Below, piece after piece: positions 1-10,469 of a stretch of 64,000 nt of DNA. This DNA comes from Promethearchaeota archaeon Loki_b32 (GTDB lineage Archaea; Asgardarchaeota; Lokiarchaeia; Sigyniarchaeales; SOKP01). Location: assembly GCA_005223125.1 (NCBI GenBank), contig NJBH01000005.1, positions 1 to 64,000 on the forward strand. The letters run 5' to 3'. Made by a program: the position numbers and the translations under genes. Positions within the stretch are counted from its first letter, which is position 1. Each line of letters starts with the position of its first letter. Under the pieces are notes generated by a model that was given only the letters and a program-made list of their open reading frames with translations, did no database searches and was not told where the DNA came from.

Positions 1-641
1 TAAGTGGTTTGAGAAGACATGATGCAAAATATAAAACTCTTGAACTATTGGAAAATTTAGAGTTATTAGAAGCTCGAGACCGCGAAATTGGAAAATACTC
101 AGAAGGAATGAAACAACGGATTGGTATAGCAGCAGCTCTTATACATGAACCGGAGCTTTTAATATTAGACGAACCAACTTCGAATTTAGATCCCATTGGA
201 CGAGCTAAAATTATAAAAGACATAAAGGAATTATCAAAAAAAATCAGTGTTTTTGTTTCAAGTCATATATTATCTGAAATAGAACAAATGTGTGAAATTG
301 TCACTATGATTAACAAAGGCAAAATCGTCCTGACTGATACTATTAAAAATATAAAAAAAATGCATTCAATCAAAAGCGGCGGTAATATTGTTATTTTAGA
401 TACAAATTCAAATGAGAAAATAATTCAACAATTAAAAAGTAAGGATTTTATAACTAATATCTGGATGGATGAGAATGATAATAAAATATATATGATTCCA
501 AAAGATATTGAATCGCTCCAGAAGTCTATTCCAAAAATAATAATTGATAATAATGTAATATTAAGAGAGTTTCATCAAACTGAAACTTCATTACAAGATA
601 TTTTTATTGAAATAATGGAAAACGAGGTGAATATTAAGTGA
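1..641 (+). CDS. ABC transporter ATP-binding protein (5'-truncated by window edge)
   Basis: Signature YSEGMKQR, Walker B LILDEPT and H-loop SSH are present. Walker A is absent and the frame is open to the window start. Confidence 0.93.
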   Translation, partial: SGLRRHDAKYKTLELLENLELLEARDREIGKYSEGMKQRIGIAAALIHEPELLILDEPTSNLDPIGRAKIIKDIKELSKKISVFVSSHILSEIEQMCEIVTMINKGKIVLTDTIKNIKKMHSIKSGGNIVILDTNSNEKIIQQLKSKDFITNIWMDENDNKIYMIPKDIESLQKSIPKIIIDNNVILREFHQTETSLQDIFIEIMENEVNIK

Positions 642-1603
642 ATACTGTAAAATCTAATCCAGTTAAACAAAAATTAGGAGGAATAAAGCCATTTCCAGGA
701 ATAAGTTCAAATCCAACTATTGCACTAATCAAAAAAACATTCATTTTTGATATCTGCACTTTGAAAAGACTTATAATTTCTGTTTTTTTTATGTTATTAG
801 TACCCACATTAATTTTTGCTTTTATGCCTCAGCGTACATTATCTGGAGAAGAGTCACTATTAGAAGCAGGAGGATTAGGATTTGTTACATGGTATTACAG
901 TTTTTCCATAATGTTTCCGATGATTATTATTGGTTCTACAGGTCCTTTAATCTCTGAAGAATTAAAAACAAGAACAATGCTATTTTTAGTAAGTAAACCA
1001 ATTAATAGAACAAGAATAGTTTTAGCTAAGTTTATCGCTCTTTTTCTATTTGGAATGGTTGTGAGTTTTTCTAGTTTATCTTTCATTTGCATTATTGCAG
1101 TAATTAAATATCCATTTACTGACATTTTTGCTTATTTAGGAATGAATTTTCTTTATTCATTAGTTCTCATATTCTTCTTTGGAGGTATGACGATGGGTTT
1201 ATCATCAATATTTAAAAGACCAAGAAATGTTTTACTTCTCCCACTTGCATTAGTAATTTTTTCATTTCTGGTTTTTATGATGTTCAAACCCATGTTAATA
1301 GGATATGGTTATGGAGTAGATAGATATGAAAAATATGCATTATACAATTATGATATAGGTTATCATTTTGCAAATATTTTTATGTGGATTGCAGAATCTT
1401 TTGTTCCTGAAATTTGGGATTATTTGGGAATGATTTTTTATATATTTGGTATTACTAAAGTAGATTATAGTGATCCAGAGTTTGAATATACTATAACTAA
1501 TTATTATCACCCTGTTGCTTCACTTATCTATTTAATCGTTATTGCAGGTTTAATTTTAATCATAGGTATAATCATTTTGAAAAAACGAGATATTTCTGGA
1601 TAA
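638..1603 (+). CDS. ABC-2 type transporter permease
   Basis: About 6 hydrophobic segments, motif ISEELKTRTMLFLVSKPINRTRIVLAKF, and a GTGA overlap with the ATPase gene. Confidence 0.9.
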   Translation: MNTVKSNPVKQKLGGIKPFPGISSNPTIALIKKTFIFDICTLKRLIISVFFMLLVPTLIFAFMPQRTLSGEESLLEAGGLGFVTWYYSFSIMFPMIIIGSTGPLISEELKTRTMLFLVSKPINRTRIVLAKFIALFLFGMVVSFSSLSFICIIAVIKYPFTDIFAYLGMNFLYSLVLIFFFGGMTMGLSSIFKRPRNVLLLPLALVIFSFLVFMMFKPMLIGYGYGVDRYEKYALYNYDIGYHFANIFMWIAESFVPEIWDYLGMIFYIFGITKVDYSDPEFEYTITNYYHPVASLIYLIVIAGLILIIGIIILKKRDISG

Positions 1604-1627
1604 GTTTAATGTGTGGTTTTTTAGAAT

Positions 1628-1928
1628 TTACATTATCATCCCACCATCAACTAGGAGACTTACACCTGTACAGAATTCATTTACCACAAGAAATAATACT
1701 TTTTCCGCAATTTCTTCTGGTGCTCCAAGTCTTCCTATTCTTTGGCATGTAATATATTGTTGTCTGACTTCTTTTTAATCTCCTCCTTTATTTTTAATTC
1801 TTTCTGCTAAGGAGAGCTTATCTGTAGTGCCTGGACATATAGCGTTAACTCTTATCTTCTAGATAGTCCGTAGCCATCGCTCTTGTCATTGAAAACACCA
1901 CTCCCTTTGAGGCTGTATAAGCTGCCCA
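1628..1928 (-). pseudogene. C-terminal remnant of a short-chain dehydrogenase/reductase
   Basis: The minus strand reads AAYTASKG (YxxxK) and IRVNAICPG, then after a frameshift near 1778 IGRLGAPEEIAEKVLFL...CTGVSLLVDGGMIM*. The N-terminal Rossmann half is missing. Confidence 0.85.
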
Positions 1929-2255
1929 CAACCTTTAATACCTCTTCGAGATAATCTAAATATTTTTTATCATATTCCCTTGGTCTGCTATGCTCAATTG
2001 CTTCCCAAGTTACCAAATACCTAAGATAATTAAAACCCCAATGCTTTTAAGTGAAAAATGTTCAACTGCTTCTTTTATAGGAAATGGACGACCAACAAAG
2101 GAAATATTCCTATGATCTGTAAAATCAGTTTTTATATGAGTTGCCCCATTGGGAGAAAAAGGAACTTTTGAGCTTCCACCCAAATTCATACCCCTAAGTA
2201 AAACAGATCTCCCTTCTTCATCGATGAACTCTTCATTCTTTATTTTTAATTTCAT
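1926..2255 (-). pseudogene. N-terminal remnant of a GH5 (endoglycoceramidase/steryl-glucosidase-like) glycoside hydrolase
   Basis: FIDEEGRSVLLRGMNLGGSSKVP...SFVGRPFP, a frameshift near 2050, then KHWGFNYLRYLVTWEAIEHSRPREYDKKYLDYLEEV, running directly into the SDR remnant. Confidence 0.8.
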
Positions 2256-2358
2256 TGTCTTCAAAAAAAAGTCCTTTTAAACAAACTTTCTCTTTCTAAT
2301 TAATTTTAATAATTAATTTTATTTTTTAATTTTAAAGGATTTAATATTCACCAAAAGA

Positions 2359-3969
2359 GTGAGTAGTATTCAAAATATTAATATTATCCCTGAACCTGTA
2401 TTATTGAATATTTCTTCTGGAAAGTTTATATTAACGGAAGGAACAAGAATATATTCAGATCAAGAACTATTAAAATTAAGTGAATGTTTAAAGACCCTTC
2501 TTCTCCCCGCTACAGGATTTAATTTAATTGTAAAAGAAACAAAAGAAAAAATTGGTAATGGTACATCAATAAATCTAAAATTAACTGATACTGATCGCAA
2601 AGGAGAATTAGGATTTGAAGGTTATAATGTTGAAGTAAGTTCTAAAGATATCAATATTACTGCACCTTACCCAGTTGGCATTTTTTATGCTATTCAAACA
2701 CTACGTCAGCTTCTTCCCCCTGATATAGAAAACTGTTCTAGAGTTGAAGAGATAGAATGGCAAATTCCTTGTCTAAAATTGAAAGATTTTCCACGGTTTT
2801 CTTGGCGTGGATATATGCTTGATGAGGCTCGGCATTTTCATGGAAAAAAAATAGTAAAAAAAATGTTAGATTTAATAGCTTTATTAAAATTGAATACATT
2901 TCATTGGCACTTAACAGATGATCAAGGGTGGAGGGTTGAAATAAAAAAGTATCCTAAACTTACTAAAATTGGTTCTAAGAGGGAAGAAACACAAGTTGGT
3001 GGTCTTTTTAGCAAAAAAAGGGACGGAATTCCACATTCAGGTTATTATACTCAAGAAGATATTCAAGATATTATAGATTATGCCGGGGATCGATTTATTA
3101 AAATAGTACCCGAGATAGATATGCCCGGGCACACCAGGGCTGCTTTAGCTTCTTATCCAAATTTAAGTTGCAAAGGTTACCCCTTTAGAGTCTCCACACA
3201 TTGGGGATTTCATAAGGATGTAATGTGTGTAGGAAAGGAGGAAGTATTTGAATTTATTCAAAATGTCTTAAAAGAAATAGTAGATTTATTTCCTTCTAAT
3301 ATTGTACATATAGGAGGTGATGAAGTACTCAAAGAAAGATGGAAAAAGTGTCCAGATTGTCAATTACGGTTAGAAAAGGAAGGATTAAAAAATGAAAAAG
3401 AACTTCAAACCTATTTTACTAACAGGATAATAGCATTTTTGAACAATTATAAACAAAAAATAGTAATATGGAATGATGCTTTAAATAAGAATTTAGATGG
3501 AAAACCGATTTGTCAATATTGGCTTCGAAGAATGAAAGAGGTTCGTGAGTATTTAAAAAAAGGAGGAGATGTGATAATGTCAGATTTTAAATTCACTTAT
3601 CTTGATCATGCATATTCTTTTACTCCACTCAATTTAGCATATAAATTTGAACCAATTCCAAAAAAATTAGAAAAAAAGTATCATAAACATGTGTTAGGGT
3701 TAGAAGCTCCAATGTGGGGGGAATATATCCCAAATATCAAACGTTTAGAATGGCAGACCTTTCCACGCTTGATTGCATTTGCAGAAATTGGATGGACACC
3801 AAAACTTAAAAAGAATTTTAACTCTTTTCAAGAACGCTTGAATATTTTTCTTAAAAGATTTGATATAATTGGAATAAATTATGCAAATTTAAGAGAAGTT
3901 AAAGGTAATGTTCTTAAAAGATCTTTTAAAGTGTTTACTTTATTTATAGAGCAAAGCGGAGGAATTTAA
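2359..3969 (+). CDS. beta-N-acetylhexosaminidase (GH20)
   Basis: DFPRFSWRGYMLDEARHF, HWHLTDDQGWR, PEIDMPGH, catalytic HIGGDE, MWGE. No signal peptide. Confidence 0.95.
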   Translation: MSSIQNINIIPEPVLLNISSGKFILTEGTRIYSDQELLKLSECLKTLLLPATGFNLIVKETKEKIGNGTSINLKLTDTDRKGELGFEGYNVEVSSKDINITAPYPVGIFYAIQTLRQLLPPDIENCSRVEEIEWQIPCLKLKDFPRFSWRGYMLDEARHFHGKKIVKKMLDLIALLKLNTFHWHLTDDQGWRVEIKKYPKLTKIGSKREETQVGGLFSKKRDGIPHSGYYTQEDIQDIIDYAGDRFIKIVPEIDMPGHTRAALASYPNLSCKGYPFRVSTHWGFHKDVMCVGKEEVFEFIQNVLKEIVDLFPSNIVHIGGDEVLKERWKKCPDCQLRLEKEGLKNEKELQTYFTNRIIAFLNNYKQKIVIWNDALNKNLDGKPICQYWLRRMKEVREYLKKGGDVIMSDFKFTYLDHAYSFTPLNLAYKFEPIPKKLEKKYHKHVLGLEAPMWGEYIPNIKRLEWQTFPRLIAFAEIGWTPKLKKNFNSFQERLNIFLKRFDIIGINYANLREVKGNVLKRSFKVFTLFIEQSGGI

Positions 3970-3989
3970 GTTAATTTTATAAAGTCAAT

Positions 3990-5177
3990 TCATACATATT
4001 CTATAGTTGCGGGTGGTTTCGGTGTTACATCAAAATAAACGTTTTTTGTTTGTGTGAATTTAAGTAATTTTTGTGTCAATTCTTTTAACAATTCTATGGG
4101 TAATTCAGTAACCGTCGCAGTTCTTGCATCCTTACTATTAATGGATCTAATAAGAACATCATATTTTCCTTTAGGATTACTTCCTAATTCATATAAAATT
4201 CTTGCATATCCTTCTAATCCAGAAGCTTTTTCAATTAATCTTTTATAATCCCAATCTCCTTTTTCACATAATGGAAGCTCGTAAATTCTTTTCCCATCAA
4301 CTAGTCCTGTAACTCTTCTATTTAGAACATCCTCGCTTATTGCAGCAAAAACTTGAAATGGTTCTTGTTCTCCATCATTGTTAATAATCATGGTTTTCCC
4401 ATATTTTTCTTGGTAATAGTTTTCAACCGATGATTCAATTAAATCATGAACATTTTTCTCAAAAATGAGGTTTTCTTCAGTAACAGGCCCTACAATTCTA
4501 GCTGCGAGCGCAGGACCCGGAAAAGCTTTCCTATAAATAAGTTCCTGTGGCATATTAAAATTCTTAAGGATTTCACGAACTTGATGCTTTGTAAGACTTG
4601 CAACTGGTTGGATGGTTGCCATCACATCATACTCAATTTCAACATTGTGCTGACTTTTTACAAACCCTTCAATATGCTTTTCCATCAACTCTTTTTCCTC
4701 TTCAAGACTCATGGTTTCCTTTAAATCTGTAATTTTTACGCCAAAACTCTCCTCAATATCTGGAAGAATGGTTCCATCTGCAAGTAAATCACAATTTTCT
4801 TCCTGAATTATTTTACTAATAATATCTGAATAAGCGGCTTTGAACAGTTTCCTCTTTTCTTCAGCATCACTTTCACCATATATTTTTGGTAAAAAATCGT
4901 TTCTAATATCTATTACTCTTAAATCAGGAAAGAGTTTTTTTATATATTCTCGTTCCTCCACCCCTTTAATAATTCTCATGAGTCCATGGTCGATAAAAAC
5001 TGGAATTGTATTTATTTTTGCCTTTTTTAACAGCAGATATGTAGCAGAACTATCAATACCTCCTGATAAAGCACAAAAAACTTTCTTATCCTTGGCATGC
5101 TTTTGTAAAAATTGAATAGCTGTTTTAACGAACTTTTCAGGCTTTATTATATCCAAAATTAATCGATGATTTAACAT
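3990..5177 (-). CDS. guaAB: GMP synthase, ATP-pyrophosphatase subunit B
   Basis: PP-loop SGGIDSS, GTILPDIEES, KSQHNV, FPGPALAARI, DVTPKPPATIEY. ATG is at 5177-5175 and TGA at 3992-3990 on the reverse complement, so the ORF track strand label is wrong. Confidence 0.92.
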   Translation of the reverse strand: MLNHRLILDIIKPEKFVKTAIQFLQKHAKDKKVFCALSGGIDSSATYLLLKKAKINTIPVFIDHGLMRIIKGVEEREYIKKLFPDLRVIDIRNDFLPKIYGESDAEEKRKLFKAAYSDIISKIIQEENCDLLADGTILPDIEESFGVKITDLKETMSLEEEKELMEKHIEGFVKSQHNVEIEYDVMATIQPVASLTKHQVREILKNFNMPQELIYRKAFPGPALAARIVGPVTEENLIFEKNVHDLIESSVENYYQEKYGKTMIINNDGEQEPFQVFAAISEDVLNRRVTGLVDGKRIYELPLCEKGDWDYKRLIEKASGLEGYARILYELGSNPKGKYDVLIRSINSKDARTATVTELPIELLKELTQKLLKFTQTKNVYFDVTPKPPATIEYV

Positions 5178-5312
5178 AGAATAGATTAATTCATATCTTA
5201 AATTAAGTGCTGTTATTAATTGGTTATGATTTATGTTTTATTTACACAATTACAAAATAGTCTAGAATTTATAAGGCAAAGAAATAATTGTGGGATTGAG
5301 TTTGAAAATAGT

Positions 5313-6188
5313 ATGGAAAAAATTAGAAAAATCAAGATAATATTAAAGAGTAAACCAACCTTTGAAGGTGCGGGTGTTCGATTAAAACGAGCATTTGGTT
5401 ATGCAGATTCATCTTTAGACCCTTTTTTACTTCTTGATAATTTTCATTCAGACGATCCTAGAGATTATATTGCGGGATTCCCTTGGCATCCTCATCGTGG
5501 TATAGAAACAATTACTTACATGTTACATGGAAATGTTGAACATGGTGATAGTTTGGGTAATGGAGGAGTTATTGAAGCTGGTGATATTCAATGGATGACT
5601 GCGGGATCTGGAATTATACATCAAGAAATGCCTAAAAGGGATAAAAAGGATACTTTACTCTGGGGATTCCAGCTTTGGGCTAATCTTCCTGCTTCACACA
5701 AGATGATGGATCCAAGATATCGAGATATAAAAAAGTCTCAAATTCCAGAAATCTCATTGAATGATAATAAAGTTAAAATTAAGATAATTTCTGGTGAATT
5801 AAATGGAGTTAAAGGACCAATACAAGATATTATCACTGATCCTGAATATTTAGATATTACTATAACCCCCGATTCGGAATTTATCCATCCTATTAGAGAA
5901 GTATATAATGTTTTTGCATACACAATTGAAGGTGAAGGATATTTCGATGAAAAAAAAGAGGAACTAGTGAAAAAAGAAACATTAATAATCTACAGAGATG
6001 GAGAGGTTGTAAAGGTTTCTACTGATAATAAAAAAGTTCGATTTCTATTAGTGTCTGGAAAACCTTTAAAAGAACCTGTTGCTTGGCGTGGGCCTATTGT
6101 AATGAATACTGATGAAGAATTGAGGATAGCTTTCGAAGAGTATCAAAATAGTACATTTATTAAATATCAAAATGAATTAATTGTGTGA
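5313..6188 (+). CDS. Pirin family protein
   Basis: EGAGVRLKR, DPFLLLD, HPHRGIETITY, QWMTAGSGIIHQE, GPIVMNT. ATG 5313 preferred over TTG 5220. Confidence 0.95.
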   Translation: MEKIRKIKIILKSKPTFEGAGVRLKRAFGYADSSLDPFLLLDNFHSDDPRDYIAGFPWHPHRGIETITYMLHGNVEHGDSLGNGGVIEAGDIQWMTAGSGIIHQEMPKRDKKDTLLWGFQLWANLPASHKMMDPRYRDIKKSQIPEISLNDNKVKIKIISGELNGVKGPIQDIITDPEYLDITITPDSEFIHPIREVYNVFAYTIEGEGYFDEKKEELVKKETLIIYRDGEVVKVSTDNKKVRFLLVSGKPLKEPVAWRGPIVMNTDEELRIAFEEYQNSTFIKYQNELIV

Positions 6189-6269
6189 ATTTAGTTTTTA
6201 CTTCTATTATTTGTATAATTTTAAATGGCTTGATTATCATCAGTTATATAAAAATTCAAGTGAGAACCT

Positions 6270-6539
6270 ATGGAAGAAGAAATATCTTCAGAACTACGAG
6301 AGAAAATTCATAAGAATGTTGATAAAGTTTTTGAGAAATGGCTTGAAAAAGTTTCGAAAGATGAATCAATAGAAGGAATAATTAAAGGACTAATGGTTGA
6401 GAAAGTTATGAATATCCTCGGAGCTATGATAAGGAGAACTGTAGTAAAAAAGGTAGCTAAAAGGGCTGTTAAAAAAGCTGTTGATAGATTTTGGGAAAAA
6501 AATCGAGAAAGTATACTAGAAAAAATTAAAGATTTATAA
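6270..6539 (+). CDS. Small helical hypothetical protein (apparent paralog of 52776-53093)
   Basis: 89-aa ORF, amphipathic helical, shares a C-terminal motif with the 52776 ORF. Confidence 0.75.
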   Translation: MEEEISSELREKIHKNVDKVFEKWLEKVSKDESIEGIIKGLMVEKVMNILGAMIRRTVVKKVAKRAVKKAVDRFWEKNRESILEKIKDL

Positions 6540-6626
6540 ATTTATTATTCTTTTTTTAAGAAAATCTTTCTATAATTAAGATTTAATTATTATCTAAATT
6601 TGAAAATTTCATGATTTAATTGGTGT

Positions 6627-7490
6627 ATTATAATCTCAAAAAATGATTTTAAGATTTTTGACGCACACCTTCATTCATATGGTGTTTTTCTTGATCCTAA
6701 TGAAGATATAATTAGTTATATGGATAGGTACAACGTAGAAAAAGCAATCATTACCACAATAAATAGAACTAAATATTATGGTAAACAGAAAGAAGAAGCT
6801 TCAAAGATGAAGGAAGGAGATAAAATGGCAAAATTCCTAGATGATTTTAAAAAGATGCTTCCGAAGAATCAATTGGACCATTCCGATGTAATAGAAATTA
6901 CAAATAAAGCACCTGAGAGATTTTATAAATTCTTTTGGTTTAATCCAAAAATAGCTGCTGATAAAGAAGAATATAACTACAAAATACTGGAAGACCATTT
7001 TAAGAAAGGATTTTGTGGAGTAAAAATTCATCCTGGTTTTAATTTTTTAAAAATCCCAAAGGATACCATAAAATTACTTTCCTTCATGCAAGATTATGAT
7101 AAAAACCTCATATTTTTCATCCATTCAATGCCTAAAACGGGTTTTTTTTCAGGTGTTTTGCCTAAAGACATTGCATATTTGGCAAAAGAGTTTCCAAATT
7201 TAAGAATTATTGCTGGGCATGCTGCTTATTGTATGGAATTTGCTGTAGAGGCAGGATTGACTCTGAAGAAATATAATAATGTGTATTTTGAGACGAGTTG
7301 CTCGGTATCATTTGGTATATTTAATTTATTAAAGACAGTAGGTCATGAAAGAATTTTATTTGGTTCTGATTCACCAACAGCTTCAACACTACCAATTGAA
7401 ATAGATAAAATTCTAACCTTACCTAAAATTTCAAAAGAAGTAAAACAAGATATTTTATACAATAATGTAATGAAATTATTGAAGTTATAA
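6627..7490 (+). CDS. Amidohydrolase_2 family metal-dependent hydrolase
   Basis: KIFDAHLH (6651-6674) lies in frame upstream of the track's ATG 6720. Also GVKIHP, IIAGH, NVYFETS, RILFGSDSP. Start codon uncertain. Confidence 0.88.
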   Translation: MIISKNDFKIFDAHLHSYGVFLDPNEDIISYMDRYNVEKAIITTINRTKYYGKQKEEASKMKEGDKMAKFLDDFKKMLPKNQLDHSDVIEITNKAPERFYKFFWFNPKIAADKEEYNYKILEDHFKKGFCGVKIHPGFNFLKIPKDTIKLLSFMQDYDKNLIFFIHSMPKTGFFSGVLPKDIAYLAKEFPNLRIIAGHAAYCMEFAVEAGLTLKKYNNVYFETSCSVSFGIFNLLKTVGHERILFGSDSPTASTLPIEIDKILTLPKISKEVKQDILYNNVMKLLKL

Positions 7491-7592
7491 TGATAAATAC
7501 ACTATTATTAACCCGTTTATATACAATTGGATTTAATTTTGCACGGTTTTTTTGATTCTTTGAAATTTGTTAAGTTTTGAGCGACAAAATCT

Positions 7593-7618
7593 ATTCAACA
7601 TTTTGTTACATGTTGAAT
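7593..7618. promoter_or_regulatory. Inverted repeat, possible operator
   Basis: ATTCAACAT-N8-ATGTTGAAT, perfect 9-bp arms in intergenic DNA. Confidence 0.35.
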
Positions 7619-7771
7619 TTATTAATGAATTAATTCTTTATTTACTTATTATTAAATTGTGAGATAATTTATCAATATTCTCTTTTTTATTTGTAATTTA
7701 ATAATAAATCAATTAAAAGGAGAATCCTATTTTATTTTAATAACAAATATTAAAAATCTAAAGTTGATTTC

Positions 7772-8344
7772 GTGAGTTATTTAAGGGATAATAAAGTCTG
7801 GGAGGAAGACGACAATATAAATTGGGATGTTATAGAAATTTCAAAAGTAGACGACAAAATTATTAAGAGGTTAATTGAGAATCTAAAGTTAGATAAATCT
7901 GATTTATCGGAGAACTTTTTTATATCTTTTGAAAGTCTTTTAAAACTAGGAAAAAAGATTGAACCTGTACTTGATTTATTCATTAAAGAAACAACTGAAA
8001 TTCATAATTGTAAAGTAGACACATTCAATTTTATTTTGGATTTTGTGAAAAACAACACTCTAAAGCATGTTTTGGTACCTCAATTATATCATCCAGATTT
8101 CATTACTAGAGCCAGAACTGTATTGAAACTTGAACAGGCTGGTGATTTAAGTTATCTAAATTTTATATTACCATTATTAAATGATCCTGATGACTCAGTT
8201 CGTTGGTCGGTAATACGATTTTTGAATACACACATACATCTTTTAAAAAATCCCTTAGTTTATAAGGAAATAAAATGTTATATTGGAAAAGAATTAAATC
8301 CCGTAATTAGAGAAAAAATGAAGAAATTATTTAAAAAGATATAA
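7772..8344 (+). CDS. HEAT-repeat (PBS-lyase-like) protein
   Basis: LVPQLYHPDFITRARTV and ILPLLNDPDDSVRWSVIRFL repeats. Confidence 0.75.
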   Translation: MSYLRDNKVWEEDDNINWDVIEISKVDDKIIKRLIENLKLDKSDLSENFFISFESLLKLGKKIEPVLDLFIKETTEIHNCKVDTFNFILDFVKNNTLKHVLVPQLYHPDFITRARTVLKLEQAGDLSYLNFILPLLNDPDDSVRWSVIRFLNTHIHLLKNPLVYKEIKCYIGKELNPVIREKMKKLFKKI

Positions 8345-8372
8345 AATAGACTCTCATTTACTCCTATTTTTT

Positions 8373-9404
8373 TTATAAAGTGTTAATAAATTTAATAACA
8401 AATTCTTTTAGAATAAAACTCAAATCCTTTTTCCAAGCTAAACCATCTAATTTTCGAGTCTTAATTGTTTTACTAAAAATTGTTATAACATTTAAAACAA
8501 GATATTTAATATTGCCCAAGGTGTTAGCAAGCTTGAGTTTTTCTGTTAACCCTGAAAAAACATCCTCCGCTAAATTTTGAATTAGTAAATCTTTAAAATC
8601 ATCAAAATCATAGAGAGCTCCAAATTTAAAATAGGAGGATAAAAATTGTGCAACAGCATTTTCCATCTCTTTATCCGAGATTTCTCTATTGCTGATACAA
8701 AAAGTTTTAATCAACCTTTCTATCAATAAACCTTCAAATTTACTTTCTGGAACAATTTTATATGTCGTTGTTTTCTTAAACTTAAGTTCTTTCCTGAGTT
8801 TTTCTTCTTTTCTCGCGAAAAGAACATCCTCGTAATCTTTTACAATAATAATTGACAAGCCTGAGCGGAGTATTATAATATTTGTATTTATTTTTTCCGT
8901 TTCATGATGATGTGTAGGAACATTATCAATGTGCCTAGCTAAATTGTCTTGAATATTAAGGTTTTTAGACTCATATGGACTGAAAAATATTTCATAAAGT
9001 GCACTTAAATTATGTTCTCTAATATCCTTTTTAAGCAAATTCCTAATATATTTATCATACTCTAGAAAGAATTTGAAAATACAATCGTCGACAGCCAAAC
9101 TTAAATTATTATTGGCATATTGTGCTCTAATTAGGTACTTTTTGTATTCCAATCGAATTTTTTGAGCTCGAATCCATTCAAAGGCTAAATCTAAAAGTTC
9201 TTTTCCATCTGCTAGCTTATCCCTAAAATATAATAATGTTTCATAAACGTCATTATAATTAGATCCTATTGATTGGTTAATTAAAAATTTAGCTACAATT
9301 TGAGTCGGTCCCGAAGATCTAAATTGCCCTTTAATCCTATCATAATATCGTAACAGTTTGTCTTTCTCAATTTTGTAAATTTCTTCAATGTTTATCTTTT
9401 CCAT
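8373..9404 (-). CDS. Hypothetical protein
   Basis: 343-aa ORF, 9 nt downstream of the 9414 ORF (probable operon). Confidence 0.8.
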   Translation of the reverse strand: MEKINIEEIYKIEKDKLLRYYDRIKGQFRSSGPTQIVAKFLINQSIGSNYNDVYETLLYFRDKLADGKELLDLAFEWIRAQKIRLEYKKYLIRAQYANNNLSLAVDDCIFKFFLEYDKYIRNLLKKDIREHNLSALYEIFFSPYESKNLNIQDNLARHIDNVPTHHHETEKINTNIIILRSGLSIIIVKDYEDVLFARKEEKLRKELKFKKTTTYKIVPESKFEGLLIERLIKTFCISNREISDKEMENAVAQFLSSYFKFGALYDFDDFKDLLIQNLAEDVFSGLTEKLKLANTLGNIKYLVLNVITIFSKTIKTRKLDGLAWKKDLSFILKEFVIKFINTL

Positions 9405-9413
9405 GTTGATATA

Positions 9414-10469
9414 CTACTCATTACTCTGTAATTTATCATTTTTATCAAGGATTAATCCTATTTTATCTAGATCTTCATTTGAAATTGTTCCCCATCTCTC
9501 AGAAACGAAATGTGGATTTATTGAATTAAGAGAGTCTTTTATATCTTTATTTTTATCCAAAATGAGCCTTAAATTTTTTTTAAAATATGATAGTTTTCTA
9601 GTTTCTTCAATTTCGCCATTTTGTTGAACCAGTATAACTCCATAGCTTTTAGAAATTTTATTTTCAAAAATATATTCTTCTAAATATACTACTTTTTTAT
9701 CTCTATATCTTAATCTCATCATCCTAATATTTGGAGATATCCCTTTCTTTTCATAAACCTCTAATGTTTCACTTATAAGGTGTTCGTAATAATCTGGTAA
9801 GATTGACAATACATAATAAGAAGGGATATACTCCAAGTAAAGCTTTCTTAGAGGATCATCCTTACTAAATGTATAAAGGTTTGAGATTCTAATATTTTCT
9901 CCCGTCTTCCTCTCAATTAATCCAACACAGTAATATTTTTGCCCTTCTTCCCAATAAGCCTTCCTAGAAGCACCAAGAGAATATTCAAGAAGATTAAGTC
10001 CCCTTTCTAACTCACTATTTATCATCCGGTTGAAATCAAATCGACTTCCCGAAAGGTTTTCATTCATAATTTTACTTTGGGTAATGCTTGGATGAATATA
10101 ATTAGAAATTTCATCATAAAGTAATTTCACATCTTCGGTATATGGAGTACTTATTAATGCAAAGAGATTTGAAGCACCATCTTGAGTTTCAATAGAAGAG
10201 TTAAGTGTGAAAAATGATTGAAGAACGTCCACCTCATCTACATTAGCACCACGTAAAGAAAGTGAAGCTTCAATAAACTCAATTTGCCAATTTTTTCCAA
10301 TACCAGTAGCAGCTGTTAAAAAAACTGGACCAAGGAATTTATAAGAGAGCATCTTAATATCATTAATCTTCATATCAGTCAAATTATCAGAATATTTAAT
10401 ATTATCAAATACTAAATTATCTTCATCCGCGAAGAAGAGGCCGAGGATTATGTTTTCATGACTTCTCAT
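9414..10469 (-). CDS. Hypothetical alpha/beta protein
   Basis: 351-aa ORF, divergent from a Rab-like GTPase gene. Confidence 0.8.
   Translation of the reverse strand: MRSHENIILGLFFADEDNLVFDNIKYSDNLTDMKINDIKMLSYKFLGPVFLTAATGIGKNWQIEFIEASLSLRGANVDEVDVLQSFFTLNSSIETQDGASNLFALISTPYTEDVKLLYDEISNYIHPSITQSKIMNENLSGSRFDFNRMINSELERGLNLLEYSLGASRKAYWEEGQKYYCVGLIERKTGENIRISNLYTFSKDDPLRKLYLEYIPSYYVLSILPDYYEHLISETLEVYEKKGISPNIRMMRLRYRDKKVVYLEEYIFENKISKSYGVILVQQNGEIEETRKLSYFKKNLRLILDKNKDIKDSLNSINPHFVSERWGTISNEDLDKIGLILDKNDKLQSNE

Noticed and set aside
3990-5177. ORF track lists this gene on the + strand
   Set aside because: The listed protein reads from the reverse complement (ATG at 5177, TGA at 3990), so I reported it as minus.
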